A stretch of 13,436 nt of DNA, taken from the NCBI GenBank assembly GCA_040326155.1, contig JBEQLE010000095.1, positions 1 through 13,436 on the forward strand. Direction: 5' to 3'. The notes beneath the pieces were generated by a model that was given only the letters and a program-made list of their open reading frames with translations, made no database searches and was not told the origin of the DNA. Origin of the DNA: Leptospirales bacterium (GTDB taxonomy: Bacteria > Spirochaetota > Leptospiria > Turneriellales > JAOUFE01). The number at the start of each line of letters is the position of its first letter. Within the stretch, counting starts at the first letter, position 1. The position numbers and the translations under genes were made by a program. Positions 1-7,726 of the stretch are shown in pieces.

Positions 1-473
1 GCGAACTGCTGGTCCGGAAGCTGGTACATCTTGCCGTCCGGGCCGGTGGTGAAAGATTTACCCATGAAATCGTCCACCTCTAATGTCGGTAGCGTAACGT
101 CCTTGCCTTCACCCTTCATAAAATCGTCCAAGGGAACCACAAACCCGTAGCGCATGTGGGTGCCGATGAGATCGGAATCGTTAATATAGATATCATAGAT
201 GTTCTTCCCGGACGCCCACTGGGTCTGCAGCTTTTCGATGACATCACCTTCCTGAATCAGGTCAAAAGCGACACTTATGCCGGTGATCTCTTCAAATGCC
301 TTGGCCAACACCTTGGCCTCATACTCGTGGGTCGGGATAGTCTCGGAGACGACCTTGATTTTCATACCCTTAAAGGGTTTTGCAGCCTTGATGAACCATT
401 TCATCTCTTTCATTTGTTTCTGCGCCGCACGGACCTGCTGAAACATATCTTTCATATTGGACATATCGAACAT
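1..473 (-). CDS. Sugar/glycerol ABC transporter substrate-binding protein (GlpV-like), partial and running off the left edge, with a foreign YbaB/EbfC-like N-terminus (about 400-473)
   Basis: Absent from the ORF track. Manual translation from ATG 473 is open to the edge: MFDMSNMKDMFQQVRAAQKQMKEMKWFIKAAKPFKGMKIKVVSETIPTHEYEAKVLAKAFEEITGI...IQEGDVIEKLQTQWASGKNIYDIYINDSDLIGTH...GPDGKMYQLPDQQF. VVSETxxTHEYE, NDSDLIGTH and YQLPDQQF are typical of glycerol ABC SBPs. There is no signal peptide. An in-frame stop lies upstream at 516-518. Confidence 0.8.
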   Translation of the reverse strand, partial: MFDMSNMKDMFQQVRAAQKQMKEMKWFIKAAKPFKGMKIKVVSETIPTHEYEAKVLAKAFEEITGISVAFDLIQEGDVIEKLQTQWASGKNIYDIYINDSDLIGTHMRYGFVVPLDDFMKGEGKDVTLPTLEVDDFMGKSFTTGPDGKMYQLPDQQF

Positions 474-651
474 GTTAGAGAAAGCTTTAATTGCATTGAA
501 AGTGTCAATAATTATTTATCTGAAAACCTGCTTAGATGAACCCCAGGTAAACAATACAGTGGGTATATAGGTTCAGAAGGAATAAGAATTAGATTGCAAT
601 ATAAATAAATTTGAAACGGGAAGAGATACGCCAAATTTTCAAACACCCATC

Positions 652-779
652 GCCTAACAAAGTTTGATCTGCTCGATCCCTTATATGAAAAGCTACCCTT
701 GTTATCACAAATAGCTCGACCACATTTTGCCACTTTCCGGCTAATTCGCCCGGACTCGCACAAATCATTGAGGTTAATT
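652..779 (+). repeat. Degenerate attC-like imperfect inverted repeat
   Basis: GCCTAAC (RYYYAAC) at 652-658 and GTT at 773-775. Inner arms 665-679 and 752-767 are complementary. Total length is 128 bp. Confidence 0.35.
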
Positions 780-806
780 ATTGCTCACAGGACAAAAATA
801 TAATTA

Positions 807-844
807 TTGACATTGTGATCTAATATACAGAATTTCTGTATATT
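807..844 (+). promoter_or_regulatory. Putative promoter (-35 TTGACA) with an overlapping palindromic operator upstream of the membrane protein gene
   Basis: TTGACA at 807-812. Perfect inverted repeat AATATACAGAA-T-TTCTGTATATT at 822-844 covers the expected -10 position. The -10 itself is not consensus. Confidence 0.55.
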
Positions 845-933
845 CGTTGTATTCCATAATATGTATAGAAAGCTATATATTAATATGTTGGGATACCTAA
901 GCAAACAGATCTGTTGGTTTAAAACTAGATAAA

Positions 934-1380
934 GTGAGGTTTTCAATGAATACTAATGAAGTTTCTCAAAATATACCAAACAAATCCTTGATTGACGTGC
1001 GTCTGAAGCTATCAGCCTTGTGGATAGTATATATGTTCATATACTCCTATACTGACTATTATAAAATGTATGTACCAGGTAAGATCAATGAAATGATCTC
1101 TGGGTTCTATGGTGAAATTCAAATTACCCAAATGTCATTATTCATCTTTTCTGCAATAACTATTATTCCTGCATTGATGATATTCTTGACGCTTATCTTA
1201 AAAGAAAAGGTAAATCGTTGGTCGAACCTCATTATAGGTGCCCTTCATATTGTCGTCGGGGGAGCTGCTATATTTGACTCCAATTGGACATTCTGGATTT
1301 TTTACTGCAGTCTATTGATATGTGTTGCTACCTTGATTGTTGTATATGCATGGAGATGGCAGCAGGACATTGTTAAATGA
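934..1380 (+). CDS. Small 4-TM membrane protein, DUF6326-like
   Basis: Four hydrophobic segments. The pattern KLSALWIVYMFIYSYTD...PG...IPALMIFLTLILK...NRWSNL...AWRW matches my recollection of DUF6326. The start is GTG 934 or ATG 946. Confidence 0.75.
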   Translation: MRFSMNTNEVSQNIPNKSLIDVRLKLSALWIVYMFIYSYTDYYKMYVPGKINEMISGFYGEIQITQMSLFIFSAITIIPALMIFLTLILKEKVNRWSNLIIGALHIVVGGAAIFDSNWTFWIFYCSLLICVATLIVVYAWRWQQDIVK

Positions 1381-1410
1381 CTTTTGTTTGGCGAAATATT
1401 CAAGAGTAGG

Positions 1411-1428
1411 GCCGGGGTCTCCCCCGGC
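1411..1428. terminator. GC-rich hairpin between convergent genes, probable terminator
   Basis: GCCGGGG-TCTC-CCCCGGC forms a 7-bp stem between the stops at 1380 and 1448. The U-tracts are weak. Confidence 0.6.
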
Positions 1429-1447
1429 ATTACGTTCAAACTTATAT

Positions 1448-1816
1448 TCAGGCTGCGGTTTCTTCGATTTCAACATCAGCTGAAAACTTAAGATCGGTAA
1501 TGTTAATTACGTCGGCTGAAAAAACGTATTGGTTGCGCGCTTTACCATTTTCATCTGTCCAACGTTTTTGAACGACCACTCCGTTCACAATAATTTCCAG
1601 GCCCTTGGTAAGCAGGGGGGCAAAAATATCGGCAAGTTTTTGCCATGCTTCGACCTGGATAAAGTTGGTGTGGGAGCCCTCGGCGTCCGTGGTTTGTCGG
1701 GTAAAATACATAAAGTTGAAAGTAAGTAACTTTTTACCCGATTTCGTCTCTTTGTAGTCAGGATCGCCAACAACGCGTCCTTTTAACTGGTTGATGTTCA
1801 TTGCTTTGTAATACAT
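1448..1816 (-). CDS. ssb: Single-stranded DNA-binding protein (short, OB-fold only)
   Basis: NQLKGRVVGDPDYKET.SGK, FIQVEAWQKLAD, LTKGLEIIVNG and WTDENGKAR follow the SSB pattern. ATG 1816 is preceded by an AAGGGG RBS and is preferred over the ORF-track start at 1843. Confidence 0.88.
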   Translation of the reverse strand: MYYKAMNINQLKGRVVGDPDYKETKSGKKLLTFNFMYFTRQTTDAEGSHTNFIQVEAWQKLADIFAPLLTKGLEIIVNGVVVQKRWTDENGKARNQYVFSADVINITDLKFSADVEIEETAA

Positions 1817-1931
1817 AAATTCCCCTTTTAATATTGGTTTCAATATTATAATAGGGAGTTTTATGTTTTTTTTTCACTATTTTTGAATATTTAGTGAATT
1901 TTACGCAATTTTTGGAAAAAAGTTACTTTTG

Positions 1932-4391
1932 TTACTCTTTCCAGACGGTGACTCCGGTAATCTTGTCATTTTCTTTTAAAACAACAACTTTTACACCAGA
2001 AGCGGTTCTTCCCTGAACAGGAATATCGATCATTCCAACCCGGACGGTCATACCATTGTCGGTAATTATAATTCCTTCGCCACTATCTTTGACAGTTCGT
2101 ATCGATACAATATCGCCAGTTTTTGCTGTGACTTTCATAAAAGTCATACCTTTACCGCCCCTGCCTTTGGGAGCAAATTCGGAGTATCTGACTCTTTTAC
2201 CCTGGCCGGTGGAGGCTATAACAAACATCTCTTCTGCTTCGGAGACAACATCCAGTGCGATCATATAATCGTCTTTGGCAATTACCATACCGATAATACC
2301 TGAAGCGGCGCGCCCTTGTGCTCGCATTTTAGCCAGGCTGGTTCGCAGACCAAGGCCTTTTGCTGTACCCATAAAAATTTCGTCTTTTTCGGAAACAACG
2401 GCAACATCGATGAGCCAGTCTTCATTGGCGTTTTTAAATTGAACCGCCATGACACCGCCTTTCTTGGCGTTTTGCAGGGTAGTGACGTCCATTTTTTTAA
2501 TGATACCGGAACGAGTCAGCAAGACAAGATAGATACCATCTTTAAAATCTTTTATGGATTTAACTACAGTTATAAATTCGTCATCATTGAGGCTGAGTAG
2601 TCCACGCAGACTTTTCCCACGCGCATCTTTGCTGGCTTCGGGAATTTCATAGGCTTTAATTGAAAATACTTTACCACGGTTTGAGAACAGTAGAATGATG
2701 TCGAGGCTACGACAAAAGTGAACATGTTTTAGTAAGTCCTCTTTTTTGCCCCCGGAAACTACCCCTTTGCCGCCACGGTGTTGGCGTTTAAAAGTGTCTA
2801 CGGGAACACGGCGTATGTAACCATTTTCGCTGAGTGTAATTACTTCGTCCTGGTTGTGAATAAGATCTTCATTGTTTTTTGTAACTGGTGCAAACTGATC
2901 TTTAGAAACATTACTTTTTCTAGGTGTACCGAATTTTTCTCGTACAGCGGCAAGTTCAGATTTAACAACCCCATATATTTTCTTTTCACTTTTTAATAGA
3001 TCTGATAACCCTTTAATTGTCGATTTCAGTTCCTTTAATTCTTCGACAATTTTATTAACTTCTAACGAAGTTAGTTTTTGCAATCGCATTTCCAGAATTG
3101 CTGTAGTCTGAACATCGCTGAATTTAAATCTTGCGATAAGCGATTTTTTCGCGTCATCAACGGCTTTACTGGCGCGTATAATTTTTATTACTTCATCAAT
3201 AAAATCGAGGGCAGTTTTAAGCCCTTCGAGTATATGGGCCTTTCGTTCGGCTTCGTTTAAGAGGTATTGAGTTCTTCGGGTTACAATTTCTTTTCGGTGG
3301 GCAATATAATGCGTGAGCATCTCGTGAATGTTCAACAGTTTTGGTTCATTATTTACAAGGGCCAAAAAGATGATGCCGTAACTGACTTCCAGGTTAGACC
3401 TTGTGTAGAGTTGGTTTAGAACAATCTGTTCGTTTGTATCTCTTTTCAGCTCGAAAACGATTCTCATACCTGTACGGTCTGATTCATCGCGAATATCCGA
3501 GATTCCTTCGATTTTTTTATCGGTCACCAACTTAGCAATTTTGGATATAAGGTCGTTTTTCTTGATTTCGTAGGGAATTTCCGAAACAATAATAGCTCGT
3601 TTTTTACCGACATCTTCGAAATCGGCGACCCCTCGAATTTTAATAGAACCCCTGCCTGTGGTGTAAGCGTTGACGAGACCCTCTTTTCCGTAGACAATAC
3701 CGCCTGTTGGAAAATCAGGAGCGGGAACAAACTTCATAAGCTCACGCGGGCTACAGTCGGGTTTTTCTATGAGGTAATTAATAGCGTCGGTCAACTCGTT
3801 CAAATTATGCGGTGGAATTTTCGTCGCCATACCAACGGCAATACCGGAACTTCCGTTTGTCAAAAGGTTGGGGTAGGCTGCGGGTAGTACTTTAGGCTCT
3901 TTTCTGGTATCATCAAAGTTGGGTTGAAAATTAACAGTATCTTTATCTATATCTTTTAAAAGCTCTACGGCCATTTTCGTCAACCTGGCTTCGGTATAAC
4001 GATAGGCAGCGGCGTGGTCTCCATCGACAGAACCAAAGTTTCCTTGTCCGTCAATAAGAGGAACTCGCATGGCAAACTCCTGGACCATTCGAACCATTGT
4101 ATCGTAAACGGCGGCGTCACCGTGGGGGTGAAAGTTACCAATGACTTCCCCGACTATTTTTGCTGATTTTACATAGGCTTTATCGTTTCGCCAGCCCCTT
4201 TCGTTCATGGCGTGTAGAATTCTACGGTGAACGGGCTTTAAACCGTCTCGTACATCGGGAAGAGCCCTTCCTACGATCACACTCATGGCATACGCCAGGT
4301 ACGATGTTTTCATCTGGTCTTCAATTTCTACCGGGACTATATTTTGTTCGCTATCACTCGGGGGTATGTTCGGAGTCTTTTTGTCAGCCAT
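1932..4391 (-). CDS. gyrA: DNA gyrase subunit A
   Basis: RALPDVRDGLKPVHRR, HPHGD, catalytic AAAYRYTE, GIAVGMAT, GyrA-box QHRGGKG (2763-2783) and beta-pinwheel repeats. 819 aa. Confidence 0.95.
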   Translation of the reverse strand: MADKKTPNIPPSDSEQNIVPVEIEDQMKTSYLAYAMSVIVGRALPDVRDGLKPVHRRILHAMNERGWRNDKAYVKSAKIVGEVIGNFHPHGDAAVYDTMVRMVQEFAMRVPLIDGQGNFGSVDGDHAAAYRYTEARLTKMAVELLKDIDKDTVNFQPNFDDTRKEPKVLPAAYPNLLTNGSSGIAVGMATKIPPHNLNELTDAINYLIEKPDCSPRELMKFVPAPDFPTGGIVYGKEGLVNAYTTGRGSIKIRGVADFEDVGKKRAIIVSEIPYEIKKNDLISKIAKLVTDKKIEGISDIRDESDRTGMRIVFELKRDTNEQIVLNQLYTRSNLEVSYGIIFLALVNNEPKLLNIHEMLTHYIAHRKEIVTRRTQYLLNEAERKAHILEGLKTALDFIDEVIKIIRASKAVDDAKKSLIARFKFSDVQTTAILEMRLQKLTSLEVNKIVEELKELKSTIKGLSDLLKSEKKIYGVVKSELAAVREKFGTPRKSNVSKDQFAPVTKNNEDLIHNQDEVITLSENGYIRRVPVDTFKRQHRGGKGVVSGGKKEDLLKHVHFCRSLDIILLFSNRGKVFSIKAYEIPEASKDARGKSLRGLLSLNDDEFITVVKSIKDFKDGIYLVLLTRSGIIKKMDVTTLQNAKKGGVMAVQFKNANEDWLIDVAVVSEKDEIFMGTAKGLGLRTSLAKMRAQGRAASGIIGMVIAKDDYMIALDVVSEAEEMFVIASTGQGKRVRYSEFAPKGRGGKGMTFMKVTAKTGDIVSIRTVKDSGEGIIITDNGMTVRVGMIDIPVQGRTASGVKVVVLKENDKITGVTVWKE

Positions 4392-4452
4392 ATAGAGACA
4401 TAATTGAAAGAAAATACAGGGAGTAAATCTTTTCTTTTAGTTTTTGACGAGC

Positions 4453-4476
4453 GTAGGTGTGGAAAAACTCACCTAC
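4453..4476 (-). terminator. Stem-loop at the 3' end of the AstE-family gene
   Basis: GTAGGTG (4453-4459) and CACCTAC (4470-4476) form an inverted repeat overlapping the stop codon. There is no clear U-tract. Confidence 0.35.
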
Positions 4477-5438
4477 AGAAATTTCGGTTTATTCCCGATA
4501 TTGAAAAGGGCCCGACCCGGAACCACCTGAGGATGAAGGTTAAAACCAAGCACCTGGCCATGTACATCCGAAGCAATCGAGCTGACAATATCGCCCTGGA
4601 CCGACCGAATTTCGCCCAGGTTTTGGCCTGTATCAATAAGATCTCCCGGAAAGGCGTTGGGTACAAACAGACCCCCCTGGTCGGCTCGAATCCAATTTGA
4701 AGAAGAAAAATACTCTGCAAGTGGCTCCGAAATATAACTGGAGTTATAATTTTCAAGCATCTCAAAACCCTGCAAAACGCCAAGCACACCGGAGGTTCCA
4801 ATGGTACCGACCTCAAGTTCAAACCTGTTAATTTGCCCGGCCTCGAATAAAATAAAAGGAATATCCCGAATGGTCGCCTCTCTACGCAACGAACCTTTCA
4901 CCCCTTTACTGTGAAGGGCAATGGGGGCTCCGAATAGACGGGTGAGTTTTCGTACTTCGGCATTACGCATATCACCGCGTATATGTGGGTAATTCCACCT
5001 GTTGTAACTGGCAGAATGCAGGTCAATACCAAAGTCGGCTCCTTTAACAAAACTTTTCCAGACAAGATCAGCCAAACGGTGACCCTCCGTACCATCGTTC
5101 TTACCAGGAAAAATACGGTTCAGATCTCTTCGATCGGGCATATATCTGGTATGCAGGTTAAAACCGGGAATATTTACAATGGGAATTAACAGCAACTGGC
5201 CGTTAAAATTTTCCGTATCGATTAGTTTAGAGATATTATGAATAACTTGAATACCATTTATCTCGTCACCGTGAATCGCCGACAAAATAACACCTTTGGG
5301 GCCGTCGTTTTTACCGATTATATGGATATAGGGAAATTCTACGGAAAAACCGAAATAATTAGGTTGGGTTTTCAGAAAAGATTTTACAATTTTTCCCTTT
5401 CCCGGTTTAATGGTTTTTAAGAATAAAGATTTTAACAT
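4473..5438 (-). CDS. Succinylglutamate desuccinylase/aspartoacylase (M14-like, AstE/AspA) family zinc hydrolase
   Basis: HGDE zinc motif, DLNRIFPG, DLHS, catalytic FEAG, and a C-terminal barrel-sandwich segment (WIRADQGGLF...PGD). Confidence 0.9.
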   Translation of the reverse strand: MLKSLFLKTIKPGKGKIVKSFLKTQPNYFGFSVEFPYIHIIGKNDGPKGVILSAIHGDEINGIQVIHNISKLIDTENFNGQLLLIPIVNIPGFNLHTRYMPDRRDLNRIFPGKNDGTEGHRLADLVWKSFVKGADFGIDLHSASYNRWNYPHIRGDMRNAEVRKLTRLFGAPIALHSKGVKGSLRREATIRDIPFILFEAGQINRFELEVGTIGTSGVLGVLQGFEMLENYNSSYISEPLAEYFSSSNWIRADQGGLFVPNAFPGDLIDTGQNLGEIRSVQGDIVSSIASDVHGQVLGFNLHPQVVPGRALFNIGNKPKFL

Positions 5439-5447
5439 GAAGACTAT

Positions 5448-5476
5448 ATTTTAGGATCGGTTCATTCACTCGTCAA
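5448..5476 (-). promoter_or_regulatory. Sigma70-type promoter for the AstE-family gene
   Basis: Minus strand TTGACG (5476-5471), 17 nt, TAAAAT (5453-5448). Confidence 0.7.
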
Positions 5477-5487
5477 ACCTTAATAAG

Positions 5488-6288
5488 ATGAAGAAAAAAA
5501 AAGAATATCCACAAACCCCGTACTCCATCTTTGCGAAAGTTTACGATGAGACCATGAATGAAGTTCCCTACCTTCGATGGACTTCCTTTATTGTGAACTA
5601 TTTTTACAACCAGGGTCTGGACAAAGATTCCCTAATACTAGATGCAGGGTGCGGTACCGGCACTTCTTTGAACCAGATTATTTCTTTTTTCCCACGCGCT
5701 CTGGGGCTCGACAAGTCTTACTTTATGCTTTTAGAGTCAAAAAAGAAAATTCCGGGAAAATTAATACAGTCGGATATTCTTAATATACCTTTACCGAATC
5801 AATCTCTGGACGGTATGTTTAGTATTCATGATGTATTGAATTACTTAAAGACGGTAGAAAACCTTGTTCTACATTTTAAAGAAGTCTCTCGAATTCTAAA
5901 AAGTGGATCTTGCTATATTTTCGATGTCAGCACAGAATTTAATGTTGTTAAAAATTTCCACGAGAAAACCTTCCGGGAAACCCATGGAAAACTCTATATG
6001 GAGTGGAAAAACACCTATGATTTCAACAACCATGAGATTATTTCCGTTATAGATTTCAGCAAGGCTTCGTTGCTCTCTCGTTTGCCAGGGGTTCGGTCTC
6101 TTGCACCGACAATTCCGAGCACAAGAGAAGTACATGTTCAGAGAATATTTTCCGACAAAGAAATTCTGGACGCCATTGACGAAAGCGGCATGGTAATGCT
6201 GGAAAGGTATCCCGATTATAAAGAGAACCATTCAGGTATCGAAAATGCAAACCTCATGGTGTATGCGCTTCAAAAAGATGGAAAGTAA
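5488..6288 (+). CDS. Class I SAM-dependent methyltransferase
   Basis: YSIFAKVYD..M..VPY..W N-terminus, motif I ILDAGCGTG, GLDKSYFML, DVLNYL and LKSGSCYIFD. Confidence 0.9.
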   Translation: MKKKKEYPQTPYSIFAKVYDETMNEVPYLRWTSFIVNYFYNQGLDKDSLILDAGCGTGTSLNQIISFFPRALGLDKSYFMLLESKKKIPGKLIQSDILNIPLPNQSLDGMFSIHDVLNYLKTVENLVLHFKEVSRILKSGSCYIFDVSTEFNVVKNFHEKTFRETHGKLYMEWKNTYDFNNHEIISVIDFSKASLLSRLPGVRSLAPTIPSTREVHVQRIFSDKEILDAIDESGMVMLERYPDYKENHSGIENANLMVYALQKDGK

Positions 6289-7658
6289 AATACTTCTTCT
6301 GATCGGGGAATAATAATTTCGGAACTGAATTTTCTATCCAGCATTTTTTGTAAAGAAGAGCGAGCTTCGTCTTCCCCGTGGTTAATGAATATTTTTTTAG
6401 GGTAGGGCTCTTCCATTTTTTCGACCCATTCATACAACCCTTCCCGGTCAGCGTGCGCGGAAAATGCGTTAATGGTTTTAATCGCTGCTCGAATAGGAAG
6501 TTCACGACCGAAAATTTTTACCCTTGCGGCGCCTTCCATTATTCTGCGACCCAGAGTTCCTTCAGCCTGGTACCCTACAAACAAAATTACATTTCGTCTG
6601 TCCCATATACGATTGTATAGGTGGTGTAAAATTCGTCCCCCATTGCACATTCCACTGGCGCTTAAAATAATACCGGGACCGTTAAAAAAGTTCAACCGTT
6701 TCGAAGTGTTGACATCTTCTATTAGAAAAATATCTTTCGATTCCAGAAATTCAAAAAACTGTTCATTAATTACTGACTCTTTCATCTCTTCCGGATATTT
6801 TAGATAAACCCTGGTGGCTCGGGTGGCCATGGGGCTGTCAATATAAATGGGCAGTTTAGGTATTTTCTTGTTCTTTATTAAAGCATACAGAACGTATAAG
6901 ATCAGTTGGGTTCGGCCCACAGCGAAAGAGGGTATAAGAAGCATCCCTTTACGGCGAACTGCGAGTTTGACAGCATCAATCATTTTTTCCCAGTAATCAT
7001 CATCTTCATGCAGGCGATTGCCATACGTAGACTCCATAATTAGATAGTCAGAATGGGGAGGGTTCTCTCTTTTTTTATGGATAATAGGATACCTGGGTCC
7101 GATGTCTCCGCTGAATAAAAAGGTGTTTCCTCCGGCGCGAATTCGTACATAGCTTGCGCCTAGAATATGGCCCGCCCAGTAGTATTCGAATTCTATGTCG
7201 CGGTAACGAAAGGGCTTTCGAAAAGGGACCGTTTTAATTAACGTAAGGGCGTCAAAAGCGTCTTGCTCGCTGAATAAAGGAGCTTCTAAATCGTACTCTG
7301 TGAGTTTCTTTTTACTTAAGAATTTATACTCTTCTTCTTGAATTCTCGCCGCGTCGGGCAGCAATATTTGAAGAAGTTCACCGGAAGATTCAGTACAAAA
7401 AATTTCACCTTTAAAACCCTCTTTTACAAGAAGAGAGAGCAGTCCGCTATGGTCAATGTGGGCGTGCGTTAGAATTACCGCATCGATATTCTCGGGTAGA
7501 GTTTCCAGTGTTTTGTAGTTTTTTTCTTCAATGTAATGAGGGCCCTGGTAGAGACCGCAATCTATATAAACCTTAGTGTTCTCGGTCTCGAGAAGAGTAC
7601 GTGAACCAGTAACATAACCAGTCGCTCCAAGAAATTGTAACCTTATATGGTTTTTCAC
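6270..7658 (-). CDS. MBL-fold beta-CASP ribonuclease (Ysh1/TTHA0252-like)
   Basis: FLGATGYVTGS, IDCG, THAHIDH, AGHILG, FSGD, ESTYG, FAVGRTQ, ASGMCNGGR, FSAHAD and HGE. GTG start. Confidence 0.93.
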   Translation of the reverse strand: MKNHIRLQFLGATGYVTGSRTLLETENTKVYIDCGLYQGPHYIEEKNYKTLETLPENIDAVILTHAHIDHSGLLSLLVKEGFKGEIFCTESSGELLQILLPDAARIQEEEYKFLSKKKLTEYDLEAPLFSEQDAFDALTLIKTVPFRKPFRYRDIEFEYYWAGHILGASYVRIRAGGNTFLFSGDIGPRYPIIHKKRENPPHSDYLIMESTYGNRLHEDDDYWEKMIDAVKLAVRRKGMLLIPSFAVGRTQLILYVLYALIKNKKIPKLPIYIDSPMATRATRVYLKYPEEMKESVINEQFFEFLESKDIFLIEDVNTSKRLNFFNGPGIILSASGMCNGGRILHHLYNRIWDRRNVILFVGYQAEGTLGRRIMEGAARVKIFGRELPIRAAIKTINAFSAHADREGLYEWVEKMEEPYPKKIFINHGEDEARSSLQKMLDRKFSSEIIIPRSEEVFYFPSF

Positions 7659-7674
7659 TTTATATCTGGCTTTG

Positions 7675-7712
7675 AGAAACCAGAACGCTCGTAAACAGCG
7701 GTTCCGGTTTCT
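7675..7712 (-). terminator. Long stem-loop downstream of the OMP gene (terminator or mRNA stabiliser)
   Basis: Minus strand AGAAACCGGAACCGCT-GTTTACG-AGCGTTCTGGTTTCT gives about 15 paired bases with one G-U pair and one bulge. Confidence 0.55.
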
Positions 7713-7726
7713 ATTAAAATTTATAC

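Noticed and set aside
503..508. Minus-strand TTGACA here, and also at 9661-9666 and 12100-12105
   Set aside because: None has a convincing -10 box at 16-18 nt spacing, so they are not called as promoters.
156..539. 127-aa plus-strand ORF
   Set aside because: It is an antisense shadow of the recognisable minus-strand SBP frame and has no motifs.
512..763. 83-aa minus-strand ORF
   Set aside because: There is no RBS or recognisable motif, and it overlaps the structured attC-like region.
1932..4391. Alternative call as ParC
   Set aside because: An intact GyrA-box (QHRGGKG) and a full-length pinwheel domain favour GyrA.
1529..7658. Many short alternative-frame ORFs inside ssb, gyrA, the AstE-family gene, the methyltransferase and the beta-CASP gene
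   Set aside because: They overlap well-supported genes and show no independent coding signal.
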